A DNA stretch of 64,000 nt, from assembly GCA_965112735.1 (NCBI GenBank), contig OZ218963.1:496001-560000 (forward strand), in the 5' to 3' direction. Both the position numbers and the translations under genes were made by a program. This document shows, piece by piece, positions 12,540 through 24,300 of this stretch. This DNA comes from Phaeosaccion multiseriatum (lineage: Eukaryota; Protista; Ochrophyta, other classes). The first letter of the stretch is position 1; each line of letters starts with the position of its first letter. A model generated the notes under the pieces. The model was given only the letters and a program-made list of their open reading frames with translations. It had not been told where the DNA came from and searched no databases.

Positions 12540-13918
12540 TCATCCCCCTTGAAGCCGCAACGAGGCAGGGTCAAGCAAGTTGGTGAGAATGCCGACCGAT
12601 GCGGCTCTGGCCGCAGCTGCTGCTGATGGTGCTGCTGATGGTGCTACTGATGGTGCTGAAGGACGAGAACCATTGACGGCCATTCCCGTGCGTCTCTCTG
12701 CGACCTTCTTTAGGAGCTGCTCGACCAAAGGAGGGCTGAGCGAGTACTGCCTCTGTCCCCTCTTCGCCTCTACTCCCGGGCCGCGCTTGTTTACCAGCCG
12801 CACTCGCACAGTGACGGACGGGCTCCCCTCCTCGCCTGCTTCCAGCATGGAGTAGTGATCCGCTGCAGCACAGAACCTTTCGGAGACGGCGTGAAGCTCC
12901 TCCCTGCCCTTGTTGAAGAAGATGATGATCACGTGCCCCATTCCGCTCTTCATGGCAGAATGAATCACTTCTTCGCTCTCAGAGGTACCCCCTGAGCAGA
13001 AGCGTGGCCGCCGTTGTCTTTCGGGCGCACAGCCACACACCTCCAGAGGAGGCTTTCCCGCCTTGCTTCGACATAGCGTCCATCTGCGCCCCAGCCTCCA
13101 CGAGCAGGTAGACCATCTTGATGTCTCCCAAAGCCGCGGCCAAGGGCAGTGCCGTAGACGAGATACGATCAAATTGGATCAGCTCGCCAGGGTGCTCTAG
13201 GCCCCAACCCACAGCGACGAAAAGGGGGGTGCGATCCCTCTTATCCGCTGCGGCGAGGCGGCGGGCATTCGGGGCAACGAGCTCACTCACGGAGCCCACG
13301 CAAGAGCTTTGCGCCCCAGTGAAGGGGGTCGAGCCGTCCCTCATCACCTTACTTTTGACGTCGACCTCCAGTCCCGCCTCGACAGCGCGGGATGCAGGCA
13401 TGGTGGGCTCAAAGTCGTCGCCAAGTGCAGAAGGCCAAAGGCATGTATCTGCACAGAGCCTTCGCCCTCTCCAGCCGTCGCCCCTCCTCCTCTTGCTCCC
13501 TCCCCTGGGGAAAGCACCGCTGGGCCGGTGTCCGTGACCGTCCTTGGCCTTCTCATTCGGGTCGGCCCCATCCTCGACGAGCAGCTCTACACAATTTCCC
13601 GCGTGCAGCAAGGCTTCCCTGCCCTCCCAACTAGCGTTATGCCTCAGCATGCACCTCACCATGTCGGCGCCACCCGCACGGGCCGCACGCGCGAGAGACG
13701 TCAAGACCGTATCGGGTCTAGGTCTCCGAGCGGGCATCCGCATTCGCCTCAACGCGGCCCTCAATGAACTCGCGACGCGCCTTGCAGCTCGTCAAGCAAG
13801 CAGAGCTTCTTCGCTTTTCGGTTGTCGTCGCTCTTGCGAGCTGTGTTGGTGTCCTGGCTCTGTGAGTCAAGCTCTCGACCAAGCCTTGGCCAAGACGTGG
13901 AGGAGAAAGGCGCCTTAG
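12540..13918 (-). pseudogene. Degenerate intronless ankyrin-repeat gene (copy B)
   Basis: Contains VELLVEDGADPNEKAKDG, AAADKRDRTPLFVAV and LAAALGDIKMVYLLVEAGA. Shares DNA blocks with copy A (13541-13573 vs 6103-6135; 13226-13259 vs 5718-5752). The frame shifts near 13000-13170. Confidence 0.6.
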
Positions 13919-14111
13919 AGGGCCCTTTAGGACTCGAGCGGACGAGACGCGGTAAAATCTTACATAATCACTTTATTGTTCTCCTCCCTTTTTCTCTATC
14001 TCTATCAATCTATTCACATGCGCCCTCTGACTTCCTTCCCTCTTAGCTAAGTCTACTGGCGCGTTGCATGTAAAGAAGGAGCTCAACACCCCCCCCGGTC
14101 CTCCTTGCTGT

Positions 14112-17100
14112 TTATCCCTCGTGGTGCACGCGCCAGGCCTCAAAGTCGGTGCCCCATGGGCCCTCTACCTCGTAATCACCGTCGTCTGAGCGGCTCAGCA
14201 CCTGCTCACGGCCCCGCAGGATGGCCTCTCCGGTGACAGGGTCGTGCCGGAGCTGCTTGGTCTCGCCCAACACGCCCTGCCATTCGGTCGGGTCCGTGGC
14301 GGCGCCGGAGGGGGAGCCCACGATGAAGGTGTCCAGGGAGTGCGAGTGGCACCGCTCCACCTCCTGGCGGTCTGTACGGGGCGGAGTGCGTGTGCGTGTG
14401 CGTGTGCGTGTGCGTGTGCGTGTGCGTGTGCGTGTGCGTGTATGTATGTGCGTGAGTATCTTAGTGCGAGTGAGGGCACTGGGGGAAGCCCTGTGGAGGT
14501 CCTTGCTTCCTGCCCCTCCTGGCCGCCGATGTTTCGGTTACAAGGGGCCTTTCGCTCAACAAGCGCCACTGCACCACACCAGTCCTCGCTCACACCACCA
14601 GGGAGTACGGGGCAGTCGCGAACATGCAACACTCACATTCAATGTGGAAGTCGAACGAGTCCGCTGTCTGAATATACACGGACGCCCACCCTCCGTTGGA
14701 TCGATAGAGATCACCCCCCTCCCGCTTGGCCAGGAGCCAGGGTAGGCACGCCTCTCCGTCCTCGAGCTTGGACAGGCGGGAGCCAAGGAGGGACAAGGCC
14801 TGCCGGCCATTGGGGTCCAGATCTCTATCCTCCTTTCTCAAGGACTGTGCGTGTGCGTGTGTGTGAGGGGCGGAGGGTGTCACAGCCGGGGGGGGGGGGG
14901 CAGCCCAGGGTATCATGCACAGGGATCGACATTAGAGGCAGCGCAGAGGAGCAGCAGGAGCAGGGAGAGCTGAGAAGTCCGACTGAGACGGGTTAGTGTA
15001 GTGCTTGTGCGTCGACGACACTTCGCCGTTCGCTGCCACCAGACCGAATGATGCCAATGCTGTGTCTGTCTGCCCCGCCTTGGCTTCCCTCGGGAATCCT
15101 CGGGAATCGCCCCTCAAAGAAGAATCACTTGGGACATGCATGTCACGCAGGTCGAGCAAAGCTCCACGTCCGCAGCCCCCTCTGCAGCACCCTTTGATTA
15201 AAAAGCAAACAAGGATGCTTACTTACCAGCCTACGGCGCACGCGCTCCTCAGCCGTGAGGTCTTTCTTGGCCTTCTCTGCAAGGAGGAAGTCTTGCATAT
15301 GCACGTCTCGCTTGTAGGTGCAGGGTCCGAAGGCGTTGAAGGCGTACACCACTCCGTCATCGCTGAGCGGGTAGGCACCGGGTGTGGTGATGACGTGGTC
15401 GTTGATGGTTAGGCGCAAGTTGCCCTCTCCAAGGCAGGTTTCCACCGGCTCGTCGTCCGGGCAGCCGGGGAAGAAATCGGACGTGTCCAACACCTGAGGC
15501 GGGCGGTTGGGGAGAGGGCGGAAGGCAGTAAATGTCAGGGAATGAATGGCGCAGACGGCCGGGGGGCACTTATTGCGCGGTTGATTGGCAGCATATGGGC
15601 AGGGCACAATCGGTCTACTCGAGCTTAAGAGGCGCGGATGAAGGCAGCATATGGGCAGACACACTCGACTTCGGGGCCGCTCTTCCGCAAGTGGTACACC
15701 AAGCAAACGGGTATTCCCTTACGGCGCCGTCGCAGCCATGGGACTGGGCCAGAACGTACCCATACACCTCACCTCTACCAGCACCCGGTCCGCCACCGAC
15801 CCGTCCGAGTGCTTGAGGGCCATGGCGGTGGCCGTGAAGTAGGTCTGGGGCGAGGCAGGCAGTCACACAATAGGGGAAGGGGGGGGGGCAGCAGGAGGGA
15901 AGAGGGGGAGCGAGACGAAGGAAAGCCCTGAGTTAAAGGTTAGCTTACGTTACGGTATTCCCACCGAGATGAAGCACGTACGTCTCCACCACTCTTCCCT
16001 CTATCTGCTCGGTCTCCTGCCTGGGCAATCACTCACAGGCTCGAGACCGTTCTCACACTCCTCGAAGACCTCCAGTTTCCAGTTCCAGTCCACTCTCGGG
16101 CTGCGAATGGCATTGTACCAGCGCGAGTGCTGCCCCTCGAACAGAAACACCTGCTGCTGAAGGCCGTAGATGATGGGGTCGTTTCCTCCTCCGCCATCCT
16201 GCTGGTCCTGCTCAATGATGATGAGGGGGTGGGCGCCGAGGCAGGAAGACGCACAGTCCACGTAAGGAGGGGCGGAGGGAGGGAGGGAGGGAGGGAGGAA
16301 GGGAGAGGGAACGGGTTTTTTCGGCCTCTTCCCAGGGAGTCTGCATGGCTGGTATCCATCACAGACTGACGACGGCAATGATGGTGCGTAACTTGCGTGT
16401 ACCCTGGCTGCAAGCCGCAGCAAAGCAGCCAACCAGCAAATGCTTCATTCCTCCTGCCTGACCAGCCAGCCAAGGCCAACTCCAATCTGCAGTGCAGTAC
16501 TCACTCACCTTTGGTTCGCATGTGACGCGAGTAGTACGTGCCCCGCCGACACAGATCGCACCTCCACCCGCCGAGGCAGCAGCCTCTACATCTATCACAA
16601 GCTCCATGTCCGAGCTCATGACCACTTGCGTCGCTTCAGTCGTAACACCACCAAACCCACCCCCCACGCTTGCTGCTGCCTGCACTTGGACATGAAAGGT
16701 GATGATCTCGTCTTCAAGGCCAGAGGGATAGGAACAGGAGCCAGGACACGTCAAGGGAGAAAGGTGAGGTGCACGGCACGGGAAAGGCCTTAGCTAACTG
16801 ATGGGAAGAGTTGCTGAAGGAGGGAGGGAGTGAGAGAGAGAGAGCAGTGCAACGTACCTTCACCGCATGTGTTACTCGGCGCAGGGACAAAGGAAAAGGG
16901 AGCCTCTGCCTCAATGGTGAAGGGGCCAGTCCCCAGCAGGGTGCAGCTTGAGTCATAGGAGGTGGTGACCTTCACCGCGAGGGCTTCGTTGAAGGGCACA
17001 GCACCTACCAGCCCTGTGGTCGCTGGGGGAAGGGTGGTCAAGGAACAACTACATCCGCCCACGGGGAGGAATACACTGCTTGCCACCGCTGTTAGGCAGA

Positions 17101-17146
17101 GGAGCAGCGCCCGCGCCCTCTTGGCCAAGGCACAGCAGGCCTTCAT
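14112..17146 (-). CDS. Secreted/surface protein with C-terminal VWD/root-cap-like domain, multi-exon
   Basis: Hydrophobic N-terminus (LLLCLTAVASSVFLPV). Frame-consistent exons give NDPIIYGLQQQVFLFEGQHSRWYN...ECENGLEP|TYFTATAMAL...|VLDTSDFFPGC...CLGEG...|SLRKED...|YRQEVERCHSHSLD...GVLGET...DYEVEGPWGTDF*. The exon structure near 16250-16510 is uncertain. Confidence 0.7.
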
Positions 17147-17453
17147 TCCCCACCTTGCTTGCTTTCTCTCTCTTTGTGAAACAAAATATAAATCGGCGAG
17201 GGATAGTAGCTAAGGCTAGACTTTAAGAGCGGTATCGATCTGCGCCCTTACTGAACCAGTGTGTATCAGTGCGTCAGCTAAGGAGCTACACGCCTCACCT
17301 GTGTGTGTGTTGTATGTGTGGGTGCAAGCCCGGCGAAATTTTCGGAGAAATTGTTTCTCCTTCCCACAGTGCACTTCCCCCCCCCTCCCCCCCCCCTCTT
17401 TTTCTTCAACAAACACACTCACTGAGTAGCTCATACAATAAGAGGAAGCAAGG

Positions 17454-18503
17454 ATGTCCGAGCCCTTCATAGGCCAGATCGCGCAGTTCGCTGGAAACTT
17501 CGCCCCACGTGGATGGGCGCTCTGTGATGGGCAGATACTTGCCATCTCCGATAACCAGGCACTCTTCTCCCTTCTGGGTACTCAGTACGGCGGGGATGGG
17601 TGAGTGTGTGCTTCCTGCCTGCTGTGCTCTTGCGCAGCCCATCTCCTGCTCTTGAATCTGGGGCGCGAGGACACCCCCTTCCCGTGGCTGCTCGCTTTCT
17701 GATACTTGTTCGTCACATCTCGACTCCCTCCGCCCCTAGTACCTCCTAACTCCCCGCTCCTCGCTCCTCATCTATCCCCCGCCCCTCCCGCCCCTGCCTT
17801 TGCATCACGATGCCGTCTGTCCATCTTGACCCACTCGTTTTTGCTCGCTCGCCACAGACGAGTCACCTTTGGCCTTCCCGACTTGAGAGGCCGCGTCCCT
17901 ATTCACGCTGGTTCCGGCCCTGGTCTCTCCTCGTACCGGCTGGGAGAAAAAGATGGCGATGAGACGATCAACCTTACCGTACGCAATCTCCCCGAGCAGG
18001 GGTTTAACTTCCTCACGACGGACGCCGATCCGATAGTTGAAGCCCTCGAGGCTCTAGAAGCGTTCCCCAACAACGCAGTCTTGTCTGAGGACGCCGACGC
18101 TGGTCCATATCCAGTGCCACCGGCAAGGAGGGGACTGCACAGCAGCGGTGATGGGGCGGATGATACCCTCGCTGCCGCCGCGGCCGCAGCCGGTATGACC
18201 GTGGAGGAGGCCAGCGAGCTTTTGAATGAAGCCAGCAGGGGGAGAAGAAGGACCCAAGGCTCGACGGTCCTCTGCGAATGTCCCGCCGACGAGTCGAACC
18301 CCCTCGAGGCCTTCGCGCATCCCCTTCGAGGAGAGACGCTGCTCTCTGTCAAGAACGTCCCCGCCGCCGACGCCAAGTTCGACATCAAGGCTGTGCCCCC
18401 ACGCGACAGCACGGGCGGCGGACAGGCAGTTCCAAATCGCCAGCCGTACGGGGTCATCAACTATATCATCGCTCTTCAAGGCATTTTCCCATCCCGCAGT
18501 TAG
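17454..18503 (+). CDS. Phage tail-collar domain protein (MdpB/microcystin-dependent protein-like), 2 exons, 263 aa
   Basis: Exon 1 (17454-17599) gives MSEPFIGQIAQFAGNFAPRGWALCDGQILAISDNQALFSLLGTQYGGD. The GT-AG intron at 17600-17857 has a branch-like CTTGAC. Exon 2 (17858-18503) gives GRVTFGLPDLRGRVPIHAGSGPGLS...NRQPYGVINYIIALQGIFPSRS*. Confidence 0.92.
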
Positions 18504-18580
18504 AGCGACGCCCAGAGCGGGCAAGAGAGAGGGGAGAAGCAAGCAACAAGTAGGCGAGAAGAGCGAGCAGCAAAAGCAAC

Positions 18581-18686
18581 TCAATTATGTTGATAGTAGT
18601 AATGGGGGGAAGGAAAAAGAAGAGATAAAAACCTCAATTATGTTTATAGTAGTAATGGGGGGAAGGAAAAAGAAGAGATAAAAACC
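18581..18686. repeat. 53-bp tandem duplication between convergent 3' ends
   Basis: TCAATTATGTT(G/T)ATAGTAGTAATGGGGGGAAGGAAAAAGAAGAGATAAAAACC occurs twice. Confidence 0.85.
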
Positions 18687-18905
18687 CAATGTCCTCCCCC
18701 CTTCCCCCTCTTTTCAACGGCAAAGCCGCTACGAGCGCAGTCGGTGCCCCGCTGCTGTCTCGGTATACAATCTCTTCCTCTCCCTCTCTCTCCCTTCATC
18801 TCTTCTCTTCCTCTGTCCTCTGTTCCTCTGTCTCTCTCTCCCTCTCCGTTTCTCTCTCTCGTTTCTCTCTCTCGTCCCTTCCTCCCTCATACGATACCAA
18901 GGGCC

Positions 18906-21337
18906 CTATAAGGGCCAAATCAAGGGCACGAAGAAGCAGGTTCCCACCATGTAGAGAATACTGAGCGGGAAACCGATCTTGGCAAAGTCAGTGAAGGCGT
19001 ACCCACCGGGGCCCCAAACCATAGTGTTGGTCTTGAGGAGGAGAGAGAGCGAGAGAGAGAGAGAGAGGGAGTGAGAGAGAGATGGAGAGAGAGAGAGAGA
19101 GAGAGGGAGTGAGAGAGATGGAGAGAGAGGGACAGAGAGGGAGGAAGAGAGAGAGGGAGAGAGAGAGGGAGAGAGGGGGAGGGAGAGAAGGAGGTGGGAC
19201 GAGAGAGAGAGAGAGAGGGGGAGGGAGGGAGAAGGACAGGGACAGCGCAACCAGAGGGAGAGAGAGAGATAGACGAAGAGAGGGAGAGCGAGAGACAAAT
19301 TGAGGATAAGAGAGGAACGGCGGAGTAAGTCACTTTACTTACTTACTTACTTACTTACTTGCCTCCCACAGCCCACTTACCTATGACCCCTGCCCCCAAC
19401 CCTGTATATCCAATACCCCATACCCTATACCCCGTTTATCCAATACCCTATACCTCACACCCCAACACACCATCCCCCATACCCCATACGTTGCTACTGC
19501 CGCTGCGACCTTCACCACTGCCGCTGACTCCCACTCGACCCCTCCGAGCTGCCCCCTCCCAAGTCTACCCGCTTTAATCTCCACCCCTCCCAAGTCTACC
19601 CGCTTTGATCTCACCCCCTCCCAAGTCTACCCACTTACCTGGTACCCAATAGGTGAGAGGAAGCTCGAGCTGGCAGCGAGCATGATGACCATCGCGAAGG
19701 GGCGGAAGTCCACCTCCACGGCCTCAGCCACCTTCAGTCCAGTGCAGTTCGACAATGAGCTTGAAGTTCAGTTCTTTTGACCTCATCGACAATCTATCGA
19801 TCCGCAATAGCGACAATTGGCTGGACTGAAGTTCAGTTCAGTTACAATGCAGTTCAGTAGTTCAATAGACTTAACCAATATATATATATATATAATATAT
19901 ATATATACATATATTATCTATCGATCCCCCGGCAACCCACATACATACATATCGATCCCCAATATCGACCTACCTTTAGGCCGATGGGCAGGGCGAGGGC
20001 AGCGGCGGCGTTGTTGGTGATGAGCTCTGTCATGCACATGGTGAACAGATAGAGCACAAAGACAATGCCTGGTACGAGGGAGGGGGCGGGGGCGGGTAGG
20101 TGTTGTGAGGAAGGAGGAGGAGGATGGGGGAGAAGGGGGGGTGTATTCATCACTTGGGTGTCCACCATGCACCAGTTGGGTGTGCACTATTCACAGATAG
20201 GTCTACACCATTCACCAGTTGGGTGTACGCTATTCACAGTTGGCATTTGGAGGTGCTCACCTTCTGGGGCAATGCCACTTGATCGGATGCCGCTGCCCAC
20301 ATAGCCCGCCAAACCCGAGTTCTCAATGGCCCTACTGAGGCCCAGAGAGCTACCGATGAGGAGCAGGAGGCCCCAATTCACGTACGTGACGGCTCGCTTG
20401 GCACTCACCCATCCACCCGCCTAGCGGAGGGAGGGAGGGAGGGAGGGAGAGAGGGAGGGAGGGAGGGAGGGAGGGAGGGAGGGAGAGAGGGAGGGAGGGA
20501 GGGAGGGAGAGGGAGGGAGGGAGGGAGGGAGGGAGGGAGGGAGGGAGGGAGGGAGGGAGGGAGGGAGGGACGGACGGAGGGAGGGAGGGAGGGAGGGAGG
20601 GAGGGAGGGAGGGAGGGAGGGAGGGAGGGAGGGAGGGAGGGAGGGAGGGAGGGAGGGAGGGAGGGAGGGAGGGAGGGAGAGAGGGAGGGAGGGAGGGAGG
20701 GAGGGAGGGAGGCAGGGAGGGGCAAGAGAGGGAAGGGAATGAGAGAGGCGACATGAGCAAAGCCGTGCAAGTGTGTGGGGATACCCAAATGCAAGTGTGT
20801 GGGGATACCCAAATACAAGAGCGTGGTTGGGATCCCCCACTCCGCCCCCAGGAGAACGGCCCCTGTTCAGGCCCATATGATTGCATCTGCCAATATGACT
20901 GCACATCTGACCGCCCTGCCCTTGCCCCTCACTCACTCACTCACTCACTCACTCAATCCCTCACCCCCTCACTCCCTCCCTCAATCCCACTCTCACTCAC
21001 GTCCTCCTTCACTCACTCACTCCCTCACTCACTCATTCACTCACTCACTCCCTCACTCACCACGAGTAGGGCCGCGATGGTAAAGGCTGCCCTAACCATA
21101 TCCGCCGACTCAGTGAGGACCCACAACAGCAGCCCCAGGAAGAAGTAGAGCGGGACGAAGTCGAACCAGGTGGTGGGCAGGGGGATGCTGCCCACCTGGG
21201 GACATGGACATGTGCAGGCGTATGGGTATGGGTGTGGGCAGGGGAAGGCAGGCCGGGAGGCAAGCAGGCAGGCAGGCGGCGGAGGGAGAGGGAGGAGAAG
21301 GGCGGGCGGATAGCAGGGAGAGAGGGAGAGAGGGAGC

Positions 21338-21374
<37 letters not shown>

Positions 21375-24300
21375 AGAGAGAGAGTGAGAAAGAGAGAGAG
21401 AGGGAGAGAGAGGGAGGGGGAAGGAGAGGGAGAGAGAGAAAGAGAGAGACAGAGAAATAGAGGGAAGAGAGCGATGAGACGCCTCGGTGAAAGTCTTTAC
21501 ATTCACTGACGTATTAGCTCGGTGAAAGTCTTTACATTCACTGACGTATTAGCTCGGTGAAAGTCTTTACATTCACTGACGTATTAGCTCGGTGAAAGTC
21601 TCTACATTCACTGACGTATTAGCTCGGTGAAAGTCTTTACATTCACTGACGTATATTATTAGCACACTGCCAAACGACATGTAACTCATCAACCATAGCA
21701 CCAACCATAGCACCAACCTGCGTGATGAGGAAGAACTCTTGTGTCTGAGCCCACCTCTTCTCGAAATCGTTCTTGGCCAGCACGAGCACCACATCGCCGG
21801 CCTACAGGGGGAGGAGGGAGGGGGGGAGGGAGGGAGGGAGGGAGGGAGGGAGGGAGGGAGGGAGGGAGGGAGGGAGGGAGGGAGGGAGGGAGGGAGGGAG
21901 GGAGGGAGGGAGGGAGGGAGGGAGGGAGGGAGGGAGGGAGGGAGGGAGGGAGGGAGGGAGGGAGGGAGGGAGGGAGGGAGGGAGGGAGGGAGCGAGGGAG
22001 GGAGGGAGGGAGGGGGAGAGGGAGACAGGGAGGAATGAGAGAGAGAGCGGGGATTCCTCGAGAAGAGAAGAGCGGGCGGGGATATGATTTGAAAGCACCA
22101 CCTCCTGCGACAATGCATGTCTATGTGTGCACATACTGCTACACTTGTCGTGGCATACACACCACACACACACACACACACACACCTTGTAGCAGGATCT
22201 GGTGCCCCCCCCCCCCAAGAGCGAAGTTAGTCTGTGGGAGGGAGACACAGACGAGAAGACGGCGACGGCAAAGGAGGAGACAAACAAGGGGAAGAATTGT
22301 TGGGGGGGGGGGGAAGCCCCAAGTACACTCCTTTAGTTACAATAAAAAACATGGAAAGCGATGCAGAGAGAGAAGATAGAAAGGGGAGGAAGAGAGGGAA
22401 GGAGGGAAGGAGGGAAGGAGGGAAGGAGGGAAGGAGGGAAGGAGGGGAGAGAGGGAGGGAAGCAGGGGAGAGAGGGAGAGAGGGAGGGAAGCAGGGGAGA
22501 GAGGGAGAGAGGGAGGGAAGCAGGGGAGAGAGGGAGAGAGGGAGGGAGGGAAGGAGGGAAGGAGGGAGGGAAGCAGGGGAGAGAGGGAGAGAGGGAGAGA
22601 GGGAGGGAGGGAAGGAACGGGCTGTGTGAGTGGACACACCTGAAGCGAAGGGTTTCTCCAATACCGCCGGCGCCCGCCCCCTCCTCCCCTGCCTCCATCA
22701 TACGGCTGTTATAGTCGTTGGTGTGTAACGCCACGACGGCCTCGTGTGTGCCATTTGTGGTCTTCGCATCATCACCAACGGCTTCACCTCCGAATGCAGC
22801 TTCCCCAACCGCTCCTCTTGCTCCTCCCCTCCTCCAACTCCTCCTCTCTGCCCCAAGGTGTCGTCCTTCTCCTTGAGGAGAGGTGGGCGATGGGGGTGCT
22901 GCGGAAACGCTCGTGGGGCCTCCATCGATGGCTGCTCCCTTCCTCCGCGATGCGACTACGGTACAGCCGTAGTGGTCTCCAAAATCAAAGTCACTGGGGA
23001 TGATACGTGATGATACGTATGTTAGTACACGTAAGGAGGGAGAGGGAGAGGGGGGGGAGGAGGAAGGGAGGGAGGGAAAGAGGGAAGGAGGGAGGGAGGG
23101 AGGGAGGGAGGGAGGGAGGGAGGGAGGGAGGGAGGGAGGGAGGGAGGGAGGGAGGGAGGGAAGGAGGGAAGGAGGCAGGGAGGGAGGGAAGGAGAGAGGG
23201 AGGGAGGGAGGGAGGGAGAGGGAGGGAGGGGGAGAGGGAGGGAGGGGGAGAGAGGGGGAGAGGGAGGCAGAAGGAGAGAGGGGGGGCGAAGGAGGGAGAG
23301 GGAGAGGGAGGGATGGAGAGAGCGAGCGAGAGAGGAGGGAGAGAGGGACAGGGGGGGGAGGGAGGGGGAGGGGAGAAAGAGGGAGGCAGGGAGAGGGAGG
23401 GAGGAGGGGGGGAGAGACATCCAGAGAGCTAAGGGTGGCATTGTGCAAGATATATATAATATATATATATCACTGAAGAAAAGGGCGGGAACCCGCCACC
23501 GCGACACTACTCGAAGCTGCCTGCTGCTCTGCCCACACGGCTTTGATACGCACCAGAAGGTCTGTGTAGCGAAGTAGTTTCTGTCAGATATAACGAGCTC
23601 GAAGAAGTCGCTGCCCTTGCCAGGTAGGTCCAGAGCGCTCACCTGACCGGGGGATAGAATATCGAATATCGAATATCGAATGTAGAGGTCAGCATCGAAT
23701 ATCGAATTTCGAATCGACTCTGTAAAAAAAATATGATAGGGGTCAGCTCTCTCAACGTCGTAGGTATTGGCCAGTAAACTGAAAGTCAATCACACTTAAA
23801 CTGACACTCACATCGAGCAGCTTGAGGCCCTGGAGGTCGGGGTTAATGGAAGCCGCTCCTTGAAGCTCAATCATGGCGTTCCTCCCGCACGACAAGAACA
23901 GTATGTCCCCTGCCATGACTGTCTGCGAGGGGGACACCTGAGGGAGGGAGGGAGGGAGGGAGGGAGGGAGGGAGGGAGGGAGTGAGGCAGGGAGAGAGGG
24001 ACGGAGGGAGGGAGGGAGGGAGGGAGGGAGGGAGGCAGGGAGGGAGGGAGGGAGTGAGGCAGGGAGGCAGGGAGGGACGGAGGGAGGGAGGGAGGGAGGG
24101 AGAGAGGGAGGGAGGGAGGGAGGGAGGGGGGAGGGAGGGAGGGAGGGAGGGAGGGAGGGAGGGAGGGAGGGAGGGAGGGAGGGAGGGAGCGAGGGAGGGA
24201 GGGAGGGAGGGAGGGAGGGAGGGAGGGAGGGAGGGAGGGAGGGAGGGAGGGAGGGAGGGAGGGAGGGAGGGAGGGAGGGAGGGAGGGAGGGAGGGAGGGA

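Noticed and set aside
14932-15159. 75-aa ORF as an exon or stop-readthrough segment of the secreted protein
   Set aside because: A phase-0 intron at ~15225-14845 joins RRRL to SLRKED cleanly, so this ORF is intronic.
17454-18503. Prophage or bacterial contamination
   Set aside because: The gene has a spliceosomal intron, there are no other phage structural genes, and the neighbours are eukaryotic multi-exon genes.
4568-18546. Polinton/Maverick or other TIR transposon bounded by the inverted repeats
   Set aside because: The arms are diverged gene paralogs. No integrase, pPolB, capsid, ATPase or transposase motifs were recognised inside, and no target-site duplication was seen.
21483-21653. 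35-bp partly palindromic repeats resembling a CRISPR array
   Set aside because: The units are contiguous with no unique spacers, lie in a spliceosomal intron, and no cas genes are present.
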